Shown in pieces: positions 10,041 to 18,729 of a DNA stretch of 64,000 nucleotides. The translations under genes were made by a program, and so were the position numbers. The notes beneath the pieces are model-generated. The model made no database searches. It was not told the origin of the DNA and worked only from the letters and a program-made list of their open reading frames with translations. Numbering within the stretch: position 1 is the stretch's first letter; each line of letters opens with the position of its first letter. The stretch is from an uncultured bacterium (GTDB lineage Bacteria > Patescibacteriota > Minisyncoccia > Phycocordibacterales > Phycocordibacteraceae), in the NCBI GenBank assembly GCA_947085505.1, contig CAMTWI010000004.1, positions 65,800-129,799 on the forward strand, written 5' to 3'.

Positions 10041-10117
10041 ACGCTATGCACCCCTTCACATGAGGAGCTCATAAAAGAGGGTATGCTTAGGGTATTACCT
10101 AGTTATACTTACTGCCC

Positions 10118-10450
10118 ATGTCTTTACTTCATTGGATCGTATCCGCGCTTGCCATTGGCATCGCTGCGTACCTCATACCGGGTATCGAGGTAACACTCGT
10201 AGGCGCGCTCGTGCTCGCGGTTGTACTCGGCATCATCAATGTGTTCCTAAAGCCGATCGTTAACTTGCTGACGCTGCCGCTCAATGTCTTAACGCTCGGC
10301 CTCTTTTCACTCGTTGTGAATGCGTTGCTTGTTATGCTCGCAGGCATGGTAGTACCTGGATTTAGTGTTACAGGGTTTTGGCCGGCATTCTTCTTCGCGA
10401 TTGTTGTCGCACTCGTCTCAGCACTCTTTGGTGCTATGACAAAACGGTAG
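10118..10450 (+). CDS. phage-holin-4_2/DUF360 family membrane protein
   Basis: Three to four TM helices. The pattern WIVSALAIGIAAYLIPGI.V....ALVLAVVLGIINVFLKPI...LTLPL..LTLGLF matches the YvlD/DUF360 family. TATACT at 10104-10109 lies 8 nt upstream. Confidence 0.7.
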   Translation: MSLLHWIVSALAIGIAAYLIPGIEVTLVGALVLAVVLGIINVFLKPIVNLLTLPLNVLTLGLFSLVVNALLVMLAGMVVPGFSVTGFWPAFFFAIVVALVSALFGAMTKR

Positions 10451-10466
10451 AGCACACGTCGAATAG

Positions 10467-10495
10467 AAAAGCCCGTTAATATGACGGGTTTTTCT
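10467..10495 (+). terminator. intrinsic terminator
   Basis: AAAAGCCCGT-TAATATG-ACGGGTTTTT followed by CT. Confidence 0.75.
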
Positions 10496-10500
10496 ATTAG

Positions 10501-10509
10501 TGCTATAGT
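10501..10509 (+). promoter_or_regulatory. extended -10 (TGCTATAGT) for the purC-like gene
   Basis: TGnTATAGT lies about 58 nt upstream of ATG 10568, giving a long leader that ends in the SD AAGGAGGG (10556-10563). Confidence 0.4.
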
Positions 10510-10567
10510 CCTGCCGGAATGATCCAGCGACATACATTGTTGCAGAAAAAAGCAGAAGGAGGGTGTC

Positions 10568-11413
10568 ATGCCCGACATGATTGAGCAGGTGCGCGGCAAG
10601 ACGAAAATCGTTCGAGCATCTGAGTCGAATCCGTCTCAGGGCGAATTCGAAGCTCTTGACCAGGTTACCTGGGACAATATTCACCGGGAGCCGATGCCGG
10701 GCAAGGGTATCTGGTCCACCACTACGGCGGTGAACGTGTTCCAGCTTCTACAGGAGGCCGGAATACCGGTTGCCTACACGAAGCAGATCGGTGAACGAAC
10801 GTTCAGGGGTCCGCACTGCACGATGATTCCTCTTGAGGTCATTGTGCGTGGGGCGATCGATGAGAACAGTTCGTATCTGAAGCGCCACCCGGGCAGACCG
10901 CCTGGCGAGCGTTTCGAAATACCCATTGTTGAGTTCTTCTTGAAAACCGACACAAACCACTTCAACGGGATCGAGCTTCCTGATGTCGACCCTTACATCG
11001 GACGGTACGCTGACAGCGGAATTGTGGTGTACCACCCTAAGAAACCCTTGGACGACGGTGTCTTCCTTTCCTCGACTGTTCTGGGGTGGGATGAAGCGCA
11101 GATGTGGCCCTTCGGGATTCTCGAGCACATCGCTCGCGAAGCGTTCTGTGTTGCACGGAAGGCATGGGCACGAATTGACTTCGATCTGCGCGATTGGAAG
11201 GTCGAGTTTGGCTTCGATGCGTCTGGCGAGATTCTCCTCGCTGATGTCATCGACAATGACTCGTGGAGGATTCTCGGACCCGACGGCAAGGAGTACAGCA
11301 AGCAGAACGTTCGGAACGGGAAGAATCTGGTGGAGGCAGCGAAAGACTACGAGTACATCGCCCGCTCTTCAGCCTGTATGCTTGCGGCCTCACGTCGACC
11401 GAGCAATTCATAG
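10568..11413 (+). CDS. purC: SAICAR synthetase (PurC)-family protein
   Basis: Collinear with PurC landmarks: RGKTKIV; GKG....T..NVFQLLQEAGIP; MIPLEVIVRG; VEFFLK; DWKVEFGFDASGEILLADVIDNDSWRI. Confidence 0.7.
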   Translation: MPDMIEQVRGKTKIVRASESNPSQGEFEALDQVTWDNIHREPMPGKGIWSTTTAVNVFQLLQEAGIPVAYTKQIGERTFRGPHCTMIPLEVIVRGAIDENSSYLKRHPGRPPGERFEIPIVEFFLKTDTNHFNGIELPDVDPYIGRYADSGIVVYHPKKPLDDGVFLSSTVLGWDEAQMWPFGILEHIAREAFCVARKAWARIDFDLRDWKVEFGFDASGEILLADVIDNDSWRILGPDGKEYSKQNVRNGKNLVEAAKDYEYIARSSACMLAASRRPSNS

Positions 11414-11429
11414 AACGACCTGGCTACAC

Positions 11430-11460
11430 TGGCGCATCCTCACGGGTGCGCCACTCTTTT
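11430..11460 (+). terminator. intrinsic terminator
   Basis: TGGCGCA-TCCTCACGGG-TGCGCCA followed by CTCTTTT. Confidence 0.6.
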
Positions 11461-11511
11461 ATCCTCTTATGCAAGCTCTGTTCGGCGGCTGATGCACTAT
11501 ACTTAGGAGTA

Positions 11512-14247
11512 ATGGAGGGACCGATACTACCCATAACCTCGCCAGAGGACGAGCTCGCGTACCTTCGCGAGCAGATTGCCCGGAAGGAGGCTGAGCTTGC
11601 AACCTACAAGCGCGACATGCCTCGTGAGGATATTGCGCATGAGCGCATCTTGCATCACCGTATGAGTGGTCCAGAAACAGTGCTTGCGCCCGAGTTCCAA
11701 ATGTCTGAACGAGATGCAGTAAAGCACGCAGATATGCTTGCCTTGAATCTCGATCCTGAGCAGAACGACGAGACAATCGCAGAGCTCCGTACGGTTATGG
11801 AAGAGAAGGGTATCCATAACGCATTTACGATTCTTGCGAAACTGAACAATGCGCATCTCGAAGACGATTTCCATCGATTCTTGGTGCAATATCTGGTTGT
11901 TGGTATGCGGCCAAAGGGGCTCTCTGAGAGTCAGCCTGAGTGGAAAGCACTTCGTATGACCTTGTACGAGATTGCGCTCCCTGAAGCGAACACTGAGGAG
12001 TCGCGTGGCAAGTCTCTCAAGGAACTCATTTCCTCAATGGAGCAGTTTTACTCAGGTATGCTCGCGGTTGAGCACGCGGGACGCGGAGAGCCAGCGTACA
12101 TGACGCTTGAGCTCGCGGTTCCTGTTGATGCGCCGCATCTCATGTTCTATGCGTCAGTGCCTAATACCAGGAAAGAGCTTTTTGAGAATCAGCTTCTCGC
12201 TATCTTTCCTAATGCGCACGTGAACGCCCAACCGAACGATTACAACATTTTCGTTGAGGGTGGCGTGTCTCTCGCTTCCGTTGCCGAGTTCAAGGACAAA
12301 GCGATGCTCCCACTAAAGGATTATCAAGACTTTGATTACGATCCGATTAACTCTCTTTTGAATGCATTCGCGAAAGTGGCTCCCGAGAACGAAGGGGCAT
12401 CGTTCCAAATAGTGTTTAAACCTGAAGGGAATCATTACGTCGAGCACTATCGGCGCATCATTCATGCGCTTCGCCAGGGCGAGCACCGTTCTCGTGCGTT
12501 CAATTTGCCTGAAACGTTTGTCGGGGATCTTGCACGCGAAGCGGCAGGACTCTTCTTTTCAAGTAAGAAGCAGACACAAACCGCGCTTGTTGATGAGAAA
12601 GCCATTGAAATGGTTGAGAAGAAGATTGGTGCGCCAGTTGTTTCAACCAATGTTAGACTCACGGTTTCGTCCCAGGATCATAGGCGCGCACACCAGCTTC
12701 TTACAGAGCTTGAGTCTGCGTTCAATCAGTTTGATAACACCACGGGAAATCGTATTGAGTTTCGAAGACCAAACAAGGGTTCCTTAAAGCAGCTTCTGCG
12801 AGATTTTTCATTCCGTTTATATCGCTCTTCAACCAATCTCCCGCTCTCGCTTCGCGAACTCACCACGCTCTACCACTTCCCGCCACAGGGTATTAATTCT
12901 TCGCCACACCTAAAGCAGTCTCGATTTGCGGGAGCTGCAGCGCCCGTAGGGTTGCCGAAGGAGGGCATTATGCTCGGAACCAATAGTTTCCGAGGGTCGT
13001 CATCAGACGTGCGTATTGAAGAAAAGGACCGTCTGCGCCATTTGTACGTGATCGGCCAGACGGGAACGGGTAAGTCATCGTTTATGACAACGCTCATCGA
13101 TCAGGACATAAAGGCCGGAAATGGCGTTTGCTTTATCGATCCTCACGGCAACGACATTATTGAAATTCTTTCAAACATTCCCCCTGAGCGGTATGAAGAT
13201 GTTATTTACTTCGATCCCGCATATATTGATCGACCGTTCGGTCTTAACATGCTCGAGTACGATGCGTCACGTCCCGAGCAGAAGTCATTCATCGTCAACG
13301 AGATGCTCGCCATCTTCCAACAGCTGTATGGCGATGTACCAGAGTCCATGGGCCCAATGTTCGTGCAGTACTTCCGAAATGCCACGCAGCTGGTTATGGA
13401 GGATCCTGCGAGCGGATCAACGATTATGGATATCGGTAGAGTACTCTCGAATGCTGACTTTAGGAATCTAAAGCTTGCCCGAAGCAACAACCCAATTGTA
13501 AATCAGTTCTGGCAGGAAATTGCCACCAAAGCTGAGGGTGAGTCGAGCCTTCAGAACATTGTTCCCTACATCACAAACAAGTTTGATGAGTTCACGGGCA
13601 ACGACTTTATGCGCCCAATCATTGGGCAACAGGAGAGTTCGTTCAAGTTCCGGGAGATTATTGATAACAAGAAGATTCTTCTCGTTAATCTCTCGAAGGG
13701 ACGGCTTGGGGAACGCAACGCAAACCTTCTTGGTCTGATTATTGTTGGAAAGCTCTTCATGGCCGCGCTTTCGCGAGCAGATTCTCCTGGTACTGTCTTC
13801 CCGGCGTTCTATCTCTATATTGACGAGTTCCAGAACATAACGACATCGTCTATTCCGGGTATTCTCTCTGAAGCTCGCAAATACAAGCTTTCTCTCACCA
13901 TTGCACACCAGTATCTGGGACAGATTGAAGAAAAGATTCGAGATGCAGTGTTTGGCAACGTAGGCTCGATGGCAGTATTCCGGGTTGGACAGGAAGACGG
14001 AGAGTTCTTCGGAAAGCTGTTCGAGCCAACATTTAAGTCGAGCGATTTCACCAGTATTGAGAACTACAATGCCTATGTCCGGATACTCTCCGCAGGCGTG
14101 CCGCAAAAACCGTTTAATATAAAGACCATAGCGCCAGCGAAGGGAAACCTTGCTCAAGTAGACGATCTAAGGGAATTGTCGTACCTCACGTACGGAAGGG
14201 ACCGTGCTACTGTTGAAGCATCTATTAGAGCCAGATATCTTTCCTAA
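11512..14247 (+). CDS. VirD4/TraD-like (type IV coupling protein family) P-loop ATPase with large N-terminal domain
   Basis: Walker A VIGQTGTGKSS followed by CFIDPHGND. Walker B LYIDEFQN. TraG/TraD C-terminal style LSLTIAHQYLGQI...FGNVGSMAVFRVG. ORF track starts at 11263, overlapping purC; the ATG at 11512 follows a terminator and TATACT at 11498-11503. Confidence 0.75.
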   Translation: MEGPILPITSPEDELAYLREQIARKEAELATYKRDMPREDIAHERILHHRMSGPETVLAPEFQMSERDAVKHADMLALNLDPEQNDETIAELRTVMEEKGIHNAFTILAKLNNAHLEDDFHRFLVQYLVVGMRPKGLSESQPEWKALRMTLYEIALPEANTEESRGKSLKELISSMEQFYSGMLAVEHAGRGEPAYMTLELAVPVDAPHLMFYASVPNTRKELFENQLLAIFPNAHVNAQPNDYNIFVEGGVSLASVAEFKDKAMLPLKDYQDFDYDPINSLLNAFAKVAPENEGASFQIVFKPEGNHYVEHYRRIIHALRQGEHRSRAFNLPETFVGDLAREAAGLFFSSKKQTQTALVDEKAIEMVEKKIGAPVVSTNVRLTVSSQDHRRAHQLLTELESAFNQFDNTTGNRIEFRRPNKGSLKQLLRDFSFRLYRSSTNLPLSLRELTTLYHFPPQGINSSPHLKQSRFAGAAAPVGLPKEGIMLGTNSFRGSSSDVRIEEKDRLRHLYVIGQTGTGKSSFMTTLIDQDIKAGNGVCFIDPHGNDIIEILSNIPPERYEDVIYFDPAYIDRPFGLNMLEYDASRPEQKSFIVNEMLAIFQQLYGDVPESMGPMFVQYFRNATQLVMEDPASGSTIMDIGRVLSNADFRNLKLARSNNPIVNQFWQEIATKAEGESSLQNIVPYITNKFDEFTGNDFMRPIIGQQESSFKFREIIDNKKILLVNLSKGRLGERNANLLGLIIVGKLFMAALSRADSPGTVFPAFYLYIDEFQNITTSSIPGILSEARKYKLSLTIAHQYLGQIEEKIRDAVFGNVGSMAVFRVGQEDGEFFGKLFEPTFKSSDFTSIENYNAYVRILSAGVPQKPFNIKTIAPAKGNLAQVDDLRELSYLTYGRDRATVEASIRARYLS

Positions 14248-14256
14248 TACAAACGT

Positions 14257-16947
14257 ATGGCAAAGCAACCAGGAGAAGGACCGCCGTGGCCAAAAGGTTC
14301 AAATCAGCAGGAAGAAAAAGGAACTGGCGAGTATGCGAAGATGTTGGCACGAGCAGATAAATACTTAGATGATGCTCCAGAAGCGCAGCCAATGGAGCGA
14401 ACTGACCTTGATGGTGGTGCTTCCGTGCGCATAGCGCCAGGGGCGAAGAAGTCGAATAGACCTGGTCGAAGGGAGCGTACGCAAGGAAAAAAGGTAACGA
14501 AGAAAAAGAGAGACACAGAATCTGCTGCTCCTGAAGTAGTTGCAGAGTATGGAGTGCCTGTCGTAACAGATGGAATAACGGAAACGAGAAAGGAAAAAAA
14601 GGAGGCACTCAGAGACGCAATACTGAGAAGTAAGGAGCTAGCCGAACTGCGCCGCCAAGGCTCAGGCGAAGTTATAGCGCTTCCTGATCAGAGCGAAGAG
14701 ACCAAAGAAGATGAAATTGTAGTCCCGTTCGCTCAAGGCGCAGATCTCAATCAGCCAGAAGAAAATCTGCCCACCAAAGCCCTTAACTTCAGGGAAATAG
14801 CTAAGGGTGCAGACTCACAGATTGAACGATCTGATATGGAGTTAAAAGAACAGGCATATCTCGCTGCGTATAAGGAGCTCGAACAGAAGAGAACAATCTG
14901 GAACCGTCTTTCTAAAGGAAAGGAACTCAAAGTTGATGAGGAAAAAGTTGAAGCTCTAAAGAATGATTTCAATCAGGCTCGTATTACCTACGCAGCTGCT
15001 ATAGAAAAAGGGATTAGGGAGCCCGGAGTTCAAAATATGTCAGAGGCGTTTGTCTCACGAATGACAGAGCGATATGAGAAACTCAGAGCAAATGGGACAC
15101 CTCCTCTTGATGCCTTTGGTCGTGAACAAACACTCAGGGATTATCTTGTAAGAGAGGAAGTTGGAAGGAGAGAAAAGGTCAACAGCTACATTACATTTCG
15201 TGAGGTAGTGAGGCCTCTTGCAGAAAAGAAACTCCAGGCACGGGTTGAGGCGCTAGATGCTCGTGGGCAAGGTGCCTTTGTGAAGGGGCTTGCTTGGATT
15301 GGTGCTCAAAATCAAAAACTTGATGAGTTATTTGGAAAAAATGGAGCACGCGCAGTGCGGGCTGCAGCGAGTACTCTCGTGATTGGATTGGGTGCGGGTG
15401 CAGTGGGTAGCTTTGGAACGATGGGACTTCTTGCTGTTGCTGGTTGGGGAAGTGTTAAGTTTGCACGTGCTTTTGGTGCGGCGATGATTGCTGCTGCGGC
15501 CGGTGAAGCTGGAGCATTGGCCTACGAAAAGCTCCGGGGACGTTCTGAGCAGGAGAAGGCCAGGATAGGCGTATTGCATGAGGGAAGGGACATGCAAACA
15601 AGTTATTTTGGAGAAAGTACCATCACCAATGATTCTCTTGAACGACTAGACCAAAAGCGAGAAACGTTGGCCTCAAGAGCAGATGAATCTACTCTACAAA
15701 AGAAGAAGGCTCTCGTTAAAGCGCTTGTTGCCATGGGTGTAGGTGCAGGAGCTGCAGCCACACTTGCTGAGTACACGTCTGTCCAGCAAGCAGCTGACAA
15801 TGTTGTTGAAGCAACTTCAGGTCGGGCTCCAGAGCCAGCTGGTGTAGCTGCCGCAGGTTCTGCAGAGACTGTTTCTACCCAAGCTCCTTCTGTCGAAAAC
15901 ACTCCTAGCTCAGCTGCTGAAGCTGCCCCTGTATCAGAAGCTGCTTACATAACGCCGGTAGCACCAGAAGGTCTCGCGTTGCACGAAGCAAGCATTGGAA
16001 GAGGAGAGGGATTCAATCAGCTTGTTGTTGATTTGCGCGCCTCAGGGTTTACGGGCTTTGATTCCGAATTGTCTGCGACGGAACTTTCTGAGAAGTTTGG
16101 CGCATTTTATTCAGATACTGGAAAGAGCGGCATGATGCTTGAAGGAGATAAACTCCTAGTCGATGCGAAAGGAAATGTATGGTTTGAACGTAATGGCGAG
16201 ACACAACTTCTCATGGAGAATAAGGGCGGTGAGATTGTCTCCCATAAACTTGAAGGAATTGAAATGAGGGCTACGAATCCGACTGCTGCGCCTGTTCATG
16301 AATCAGTTGCACCAGTCACGTCGAATGAAGCTGCTTCATCAGAAGTTGCGGGAACGCCCACACCTATTGAAAACGATTCTCCTGTTCTTTCGGATACATC
16401 GAACACCCCTAGCGAGGTGTCAGAGGTACCGAATGTTGTAGGTAGACCTCTTGAGGGCTTTGGAGATCATGTCATGCAAAGCCAACCGTCTGATTTAGTG
16501 GAACGGGTTCCAGAACGTTCAGGGGGAACAATCGGAACGCCTCTTGAAAATTTTAGAGCGCAACCGCCACAGGCTATGGAAATTGAGACTCCTGAGGCAT
16601 CGCTTGTTAATTCATACGGAGTCGAGATAAATGATGCGGTTCCGTCTACGTATGAATGGAAGGTACCCGGAATGGATAGAACGCTTACTGTTTCAAGTGG
16701 CGGATCTCCTGAAGAGCGTTCCGCATTTGCTCGAGCCTATGCGAATGAACACCCTGGAACTACCGTGCACTTCATAACGCCAGTATTGAATAATGGAGTA
16801 GTGCAGCTTCGCCTCGATGCATGGGATTCAGCTGAAGGAGGGCCTGCTCAAAGACTAGAGGATATTGCTGTTCGAGAATCAACTGGTGCTCCAGTGCAAT
16901 CGTTCTCAAGAATTGATCCGCGTGACTTTATTAAGAAGCTTCCATAA
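14257..16947 (+). CDS. 896-aa orphan transmembrane protein (N-terminal coiled coil, central Gly/Ala TM bundle, Ser/Pro/Glu-rich C-terminal region)
   Basis: Starts 10 nt after the ATPase stop. TM segments are AAASTLVIGLGAGAVGSFGTMGLLAVAGWG, FGAAMIAAAAGEAGALAY and ALVAMGVGAGAAATLA. I recognise no family. Confidence 0.6.
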   Translation: MAKQPGEGPPWPKGSNQQEEKGTGEYAKMLARADKYLDDAPEAQPMERTDLDGGASVRIAPGAKKSNRPGRRERTQGKKVTKKKRDTESAAPEVVAEYGVPVVTDGITETRKEKKEALRDAILRSKELAELRRQGSGEVIALPDQSEETKEDEIVVPFAQGADLNQPEENLPTKALNFREIAKGADSQIERSDMELKEQAYLAAYKELEQKRTIWNRLSKGKELKVDEEKVEALKNDFNQARITYAAAIEKGIREPGVQNMSEAFVSRMTERYEKLRANGTPPLDAFGREQTLRDYLVREEVGRREKVNSYITFREVVRPLAEKKLQARVEALDARGQGAFVKGLAWIGAQNQKLDELFGKNGARAVRAAASTLVIGLGAGAVGSFGTMGLLAVAGWGSVKFARAFGAAMIAAAAGEAGALAYEKLRGRSEQEKARIGVLHEGRDMQTSYFGESTITNDSLERLDQKRETLASRADESTLQKKKALVKALVAMGVGAGAAATLAEYTSVQQAADNVVEATSGRAPEPAGVAAAGSAETVSTQAPSVENTPSSAAEAAPVSEAAYITPVAPEGLALHEASIGRGEGFNQLVVDLRASGFTGFDSELSATELSEKFGAFYSDTGKSGMMLEGDKLLVDAKGNVWFERNGETQLLMENKGGEIVSHKLEGIEMRATNPTAAPVHESVAPVTSNEAASSEVAGTPTPIENDSPVLSDTSNTPSEVSEVPNVVGRPLEGFGDHVMQSQPSDLVERVPERSGGTIGTPLENFRAQPPQAMEIETPEASLVNSYGVEINDAVPSTYEWKVPGMDRTLTVSSGGSPEERSAFARAYANEHPGTTVHFITPVLNNGVVQLRLDAWDSAEGGPAQRLEDIAVRESTGAPVQSFSRIDPRDFIKKLP

Positions 16948-16959
16948 TCGTCCACTGCT

Positions 16960-17268
16960 ATGAACCCTACGAATCTTTCGCCAGTACTTGAAGCACTAGA
17001 ACTTAATGAGTTACCTGTTGAAGAACAAGAAGCGTTGCTCGTGGATTTAAACGAGCTTATATTCAAAGGAACTATGGTTCGTCTTATAGAGCTTATGGAC
17101 GAGTCTTCGCGTGACGAGTTCGCCAAGCTTATGGAAAGCGGTGCGGACGAAGCCGTTGTAGAGGCCTTTCTTAGAGAAAAGGTACCGAATGCGGACCGAG
17201 CGGTCGAGGAGACCGTTGCTGAATTAGCAGATGATATACTTGCCGTTACCGGCACTAATAAAGAATAG
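16960..17268 (+). CDS. small acidic protein (DUF5663-like?)
   Basis: 102 aa and strongly acidic (LELNELPVEEQEALLVDLNELIF...). It lies in the operon between the 896-aa protein and the FKBP gene. The family assignment is from memory only. Confidence 0.5.
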   Translation: MNPTNLSPVLEALELNELPVEEQEALLVDLNELIFKGTMVRLIELMDESSRDEFAKLMESGADEAVVEAFLREKVPNADRAVEETVAELADDILAVTGTNKE

Positions 17269-17270
17269 CT

Positions 17271-17789
17271 ATGAATGTCACTGGAACCGGAATTGCTGTA
17301 GCGCTTGCTGTTGTGGTGGCGCTCGGATTCCTTGCTCTTGGAACCCCGATGTTTTCATCCATCGTCGGCCCTACCGCTGAACGGTCTATGTCTCTCGGCA
17401 CTACTACTAATCAAACCCCTTCAACACCATCTATGGACCTCTCTCTTGCTCCTGGCGAGCCACTTCCAACCCAATTAATGATTGCTGACATTGTCGTTGG
17501 TACGGGCGCTGAGGCGACCAAGGGTTCAACCGTTACGGTTAACTACACCGGTGCGCTTCCTGACGGAACCGTCTTTGACAGCTCTGTGGGTCGCGGTCCG
17601 TTCACCTTCGGTCTTGGTGCAGGACAGGTTATTCGTGGGTGGGATGAAGGTGTTGCTGGTATGAAAGTTGGCGGCAAGCGTCGTCTCGTTATTCCAGCCG
17701 ACATGGCATATGGAAATCAGGCCGTGGGCGATGTTATCCCAGCCAACGCAACACTACTCTTTGAAGTAGAGCTTTTGGGCGTTCAATAA
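17271..17789 (+). CDS. membrane-anchored FKBP-type peptidyl-prolyl isomerase
   Basis: N-terminal TM helix, a Thr/Ser/Pro linker, then the FKBP core: GTVFDSS..RGPFTFGLGAGQVIRGWDEGVAGMKVGGKRRLVIPADMAYG...ATLLFEVELLGV. Confidence 0.85.
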   Translation: MNVTGTGIAVALAVVVALGFLALGTPMFSSIVGPTAERSMSLGTTTNQTPSTPSMDLSLAPGEPLPTQLMIADIVVGTGAEATKGSTVTVNYTGALPDGTVFDSSVGRGPFTFGLGAGQVIRGWDEGVAGMKVGGKRRLVIPADMAYGNQAVGDVIPANATLLFEVELLGVQ

Positions 17790-17808
17790 AGAAGAAGAAA
17801 TAACGAAA

Positions 17809-17832
17809 GCCCCCGGCCGAAAGGTCGGGGGC
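17809..17832. terminator. bidirectional intrinsic terminator (GAAA tetraloop)
   Basis: GCCCCCGGCC-GAAA-GGTCGGGGGC forms a 10-bp stem. T-rich tracts flank it on both strands. It lies between the convergent FKBP gene and the high-GC ORF. Confidence 0.8.
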
Positions 17833-17860
17833 TTCGTCTTCATAGAGGTAGGATCGTGCC

Positions 17861-18658
17861 TTACGGGGCGCCAGGCCGTGCCGGCGAGGACTGCGTGACG
17901 CGGGGCGTCAGTTGGTCGTCGGTGCCGAACACGGTCGTGCAGTACCCGTTAACGAGGCCGAGGTAATCGGCGTACATCTCGAGGCTCATGAGGTTGAACT
18001 CCACATGCATGCCCGTGAGTTCGGCGTTCAGAACGCCGGCGTCACGGGAAAGCATCATGGAGCGGTCCCACGCACGACCTTGCGCCTCGTTGCCGATGGC
18101 GCCACTGGTAACGATGGCTCCCGTGAGGGGGCCGCCGAGCCAGGAAAGGGCCGCGCTGAAAACATTCGATCCAGTGCGCGTGCGACCTGCCGAACGGATG
18201 TCGCCGGCCATGGACACGTAGCGCCCGTGGATTTCAGCGACACGCGGCTCCGTTGCCGAATAGCGCTGGGCTAGGCTTGCGGCGCGGACGATGTAGTTCG
18301 CCGTCACGCTGCAGAAGTGCACGTTGTTGGATCGCACCGCTTCGAAGGTTTCCATCGACCAGCCGCGTTGCCGCCACTCGCTTTCGGAAACGAAGGACAG
18401 TTCATCTTCGCGGACGAATGCACGTGCGGGGCCCGGGGGGCGTGCACGTGCACTGATCACTTCGGGTTCCCCGCGAACGAGGACGAACCGATCGATCGGT
18501 TGTCCGACCACGGCCGAAGAATTCGGCGGCGGGGTCGTGTTGAGCGAAGTGGTGGTGTCGGCGCCAGGGGCGATCTGTGCGGTCGCCATGGTGGCGCCGA
18601 ACAGGGTGACTGCGGCCGCGAGGAGGAACCTCGCGCCCATTCCTTTCAATGTGGTCAT
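17861..18658 (-). CDS. high-GC orphan secreted protein (signal peptide)
   Basis: 265 aa. N-terminus MTTLKGMGARFLLAAAVTLFGATMATAQ looks like a Sec signal peptide. In this frame third codon positions are overwhelmingly G/C. SD GAGGA lies 8 nt upstream. No recognisable family. Confidence 0.7.
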   Translation of the reverse strand: MTTLKGMGARFLLAAAVTLFGATMATAQIAPGADTTTSLNTTPPPNSSAVVGQPIDRFVLVRGEPEVISARARPPGPARAFVREDELSFVSESEWRQRGWSMETFEAVRSNNVHFCSVTANYIVRAASLAQRYSATEPRVAEIHGRYVSMAGDIRSAGRTRTGSNVFSAALSWLGGPLTGAIVTSGAIGNEAQGRAWDRSMMLSRDAGVLNAELTGMHVEFNLMSLEMYADYLGLVNGYCTTVFGTDDQLTPRVTQSSPARPGAP

Positions 18659-18729
18659 CGAAGATATCCTCGTGTTTTGAGCGCTTTCCTAATCTATAGA
18701 AGACGAAAAGAACTCGTTGAAACTAAGAA

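Noticed and set aside
11505-11509. AGGAG immediately upstream of the ATPase start 11512
   Set aside because: The spacer of only 2 nt is too short for a functional SD. The TATACT at 11498-11503 at the standard 8-nt distance fits the leaderless pattern better.
11263-11511. Upstream extensions of ORF-track entries (ATPase 11263, atpB 32178, atpD 36684, rplM 62766, MGMT 4948, HAD 41396, MgtC 42042 and 47524)
   Set aside because: These extensions overlap the preceding gene or run through terminators or repeats. Conserved N-termini and the -10/ATG spacing support the internal starts given in the features.
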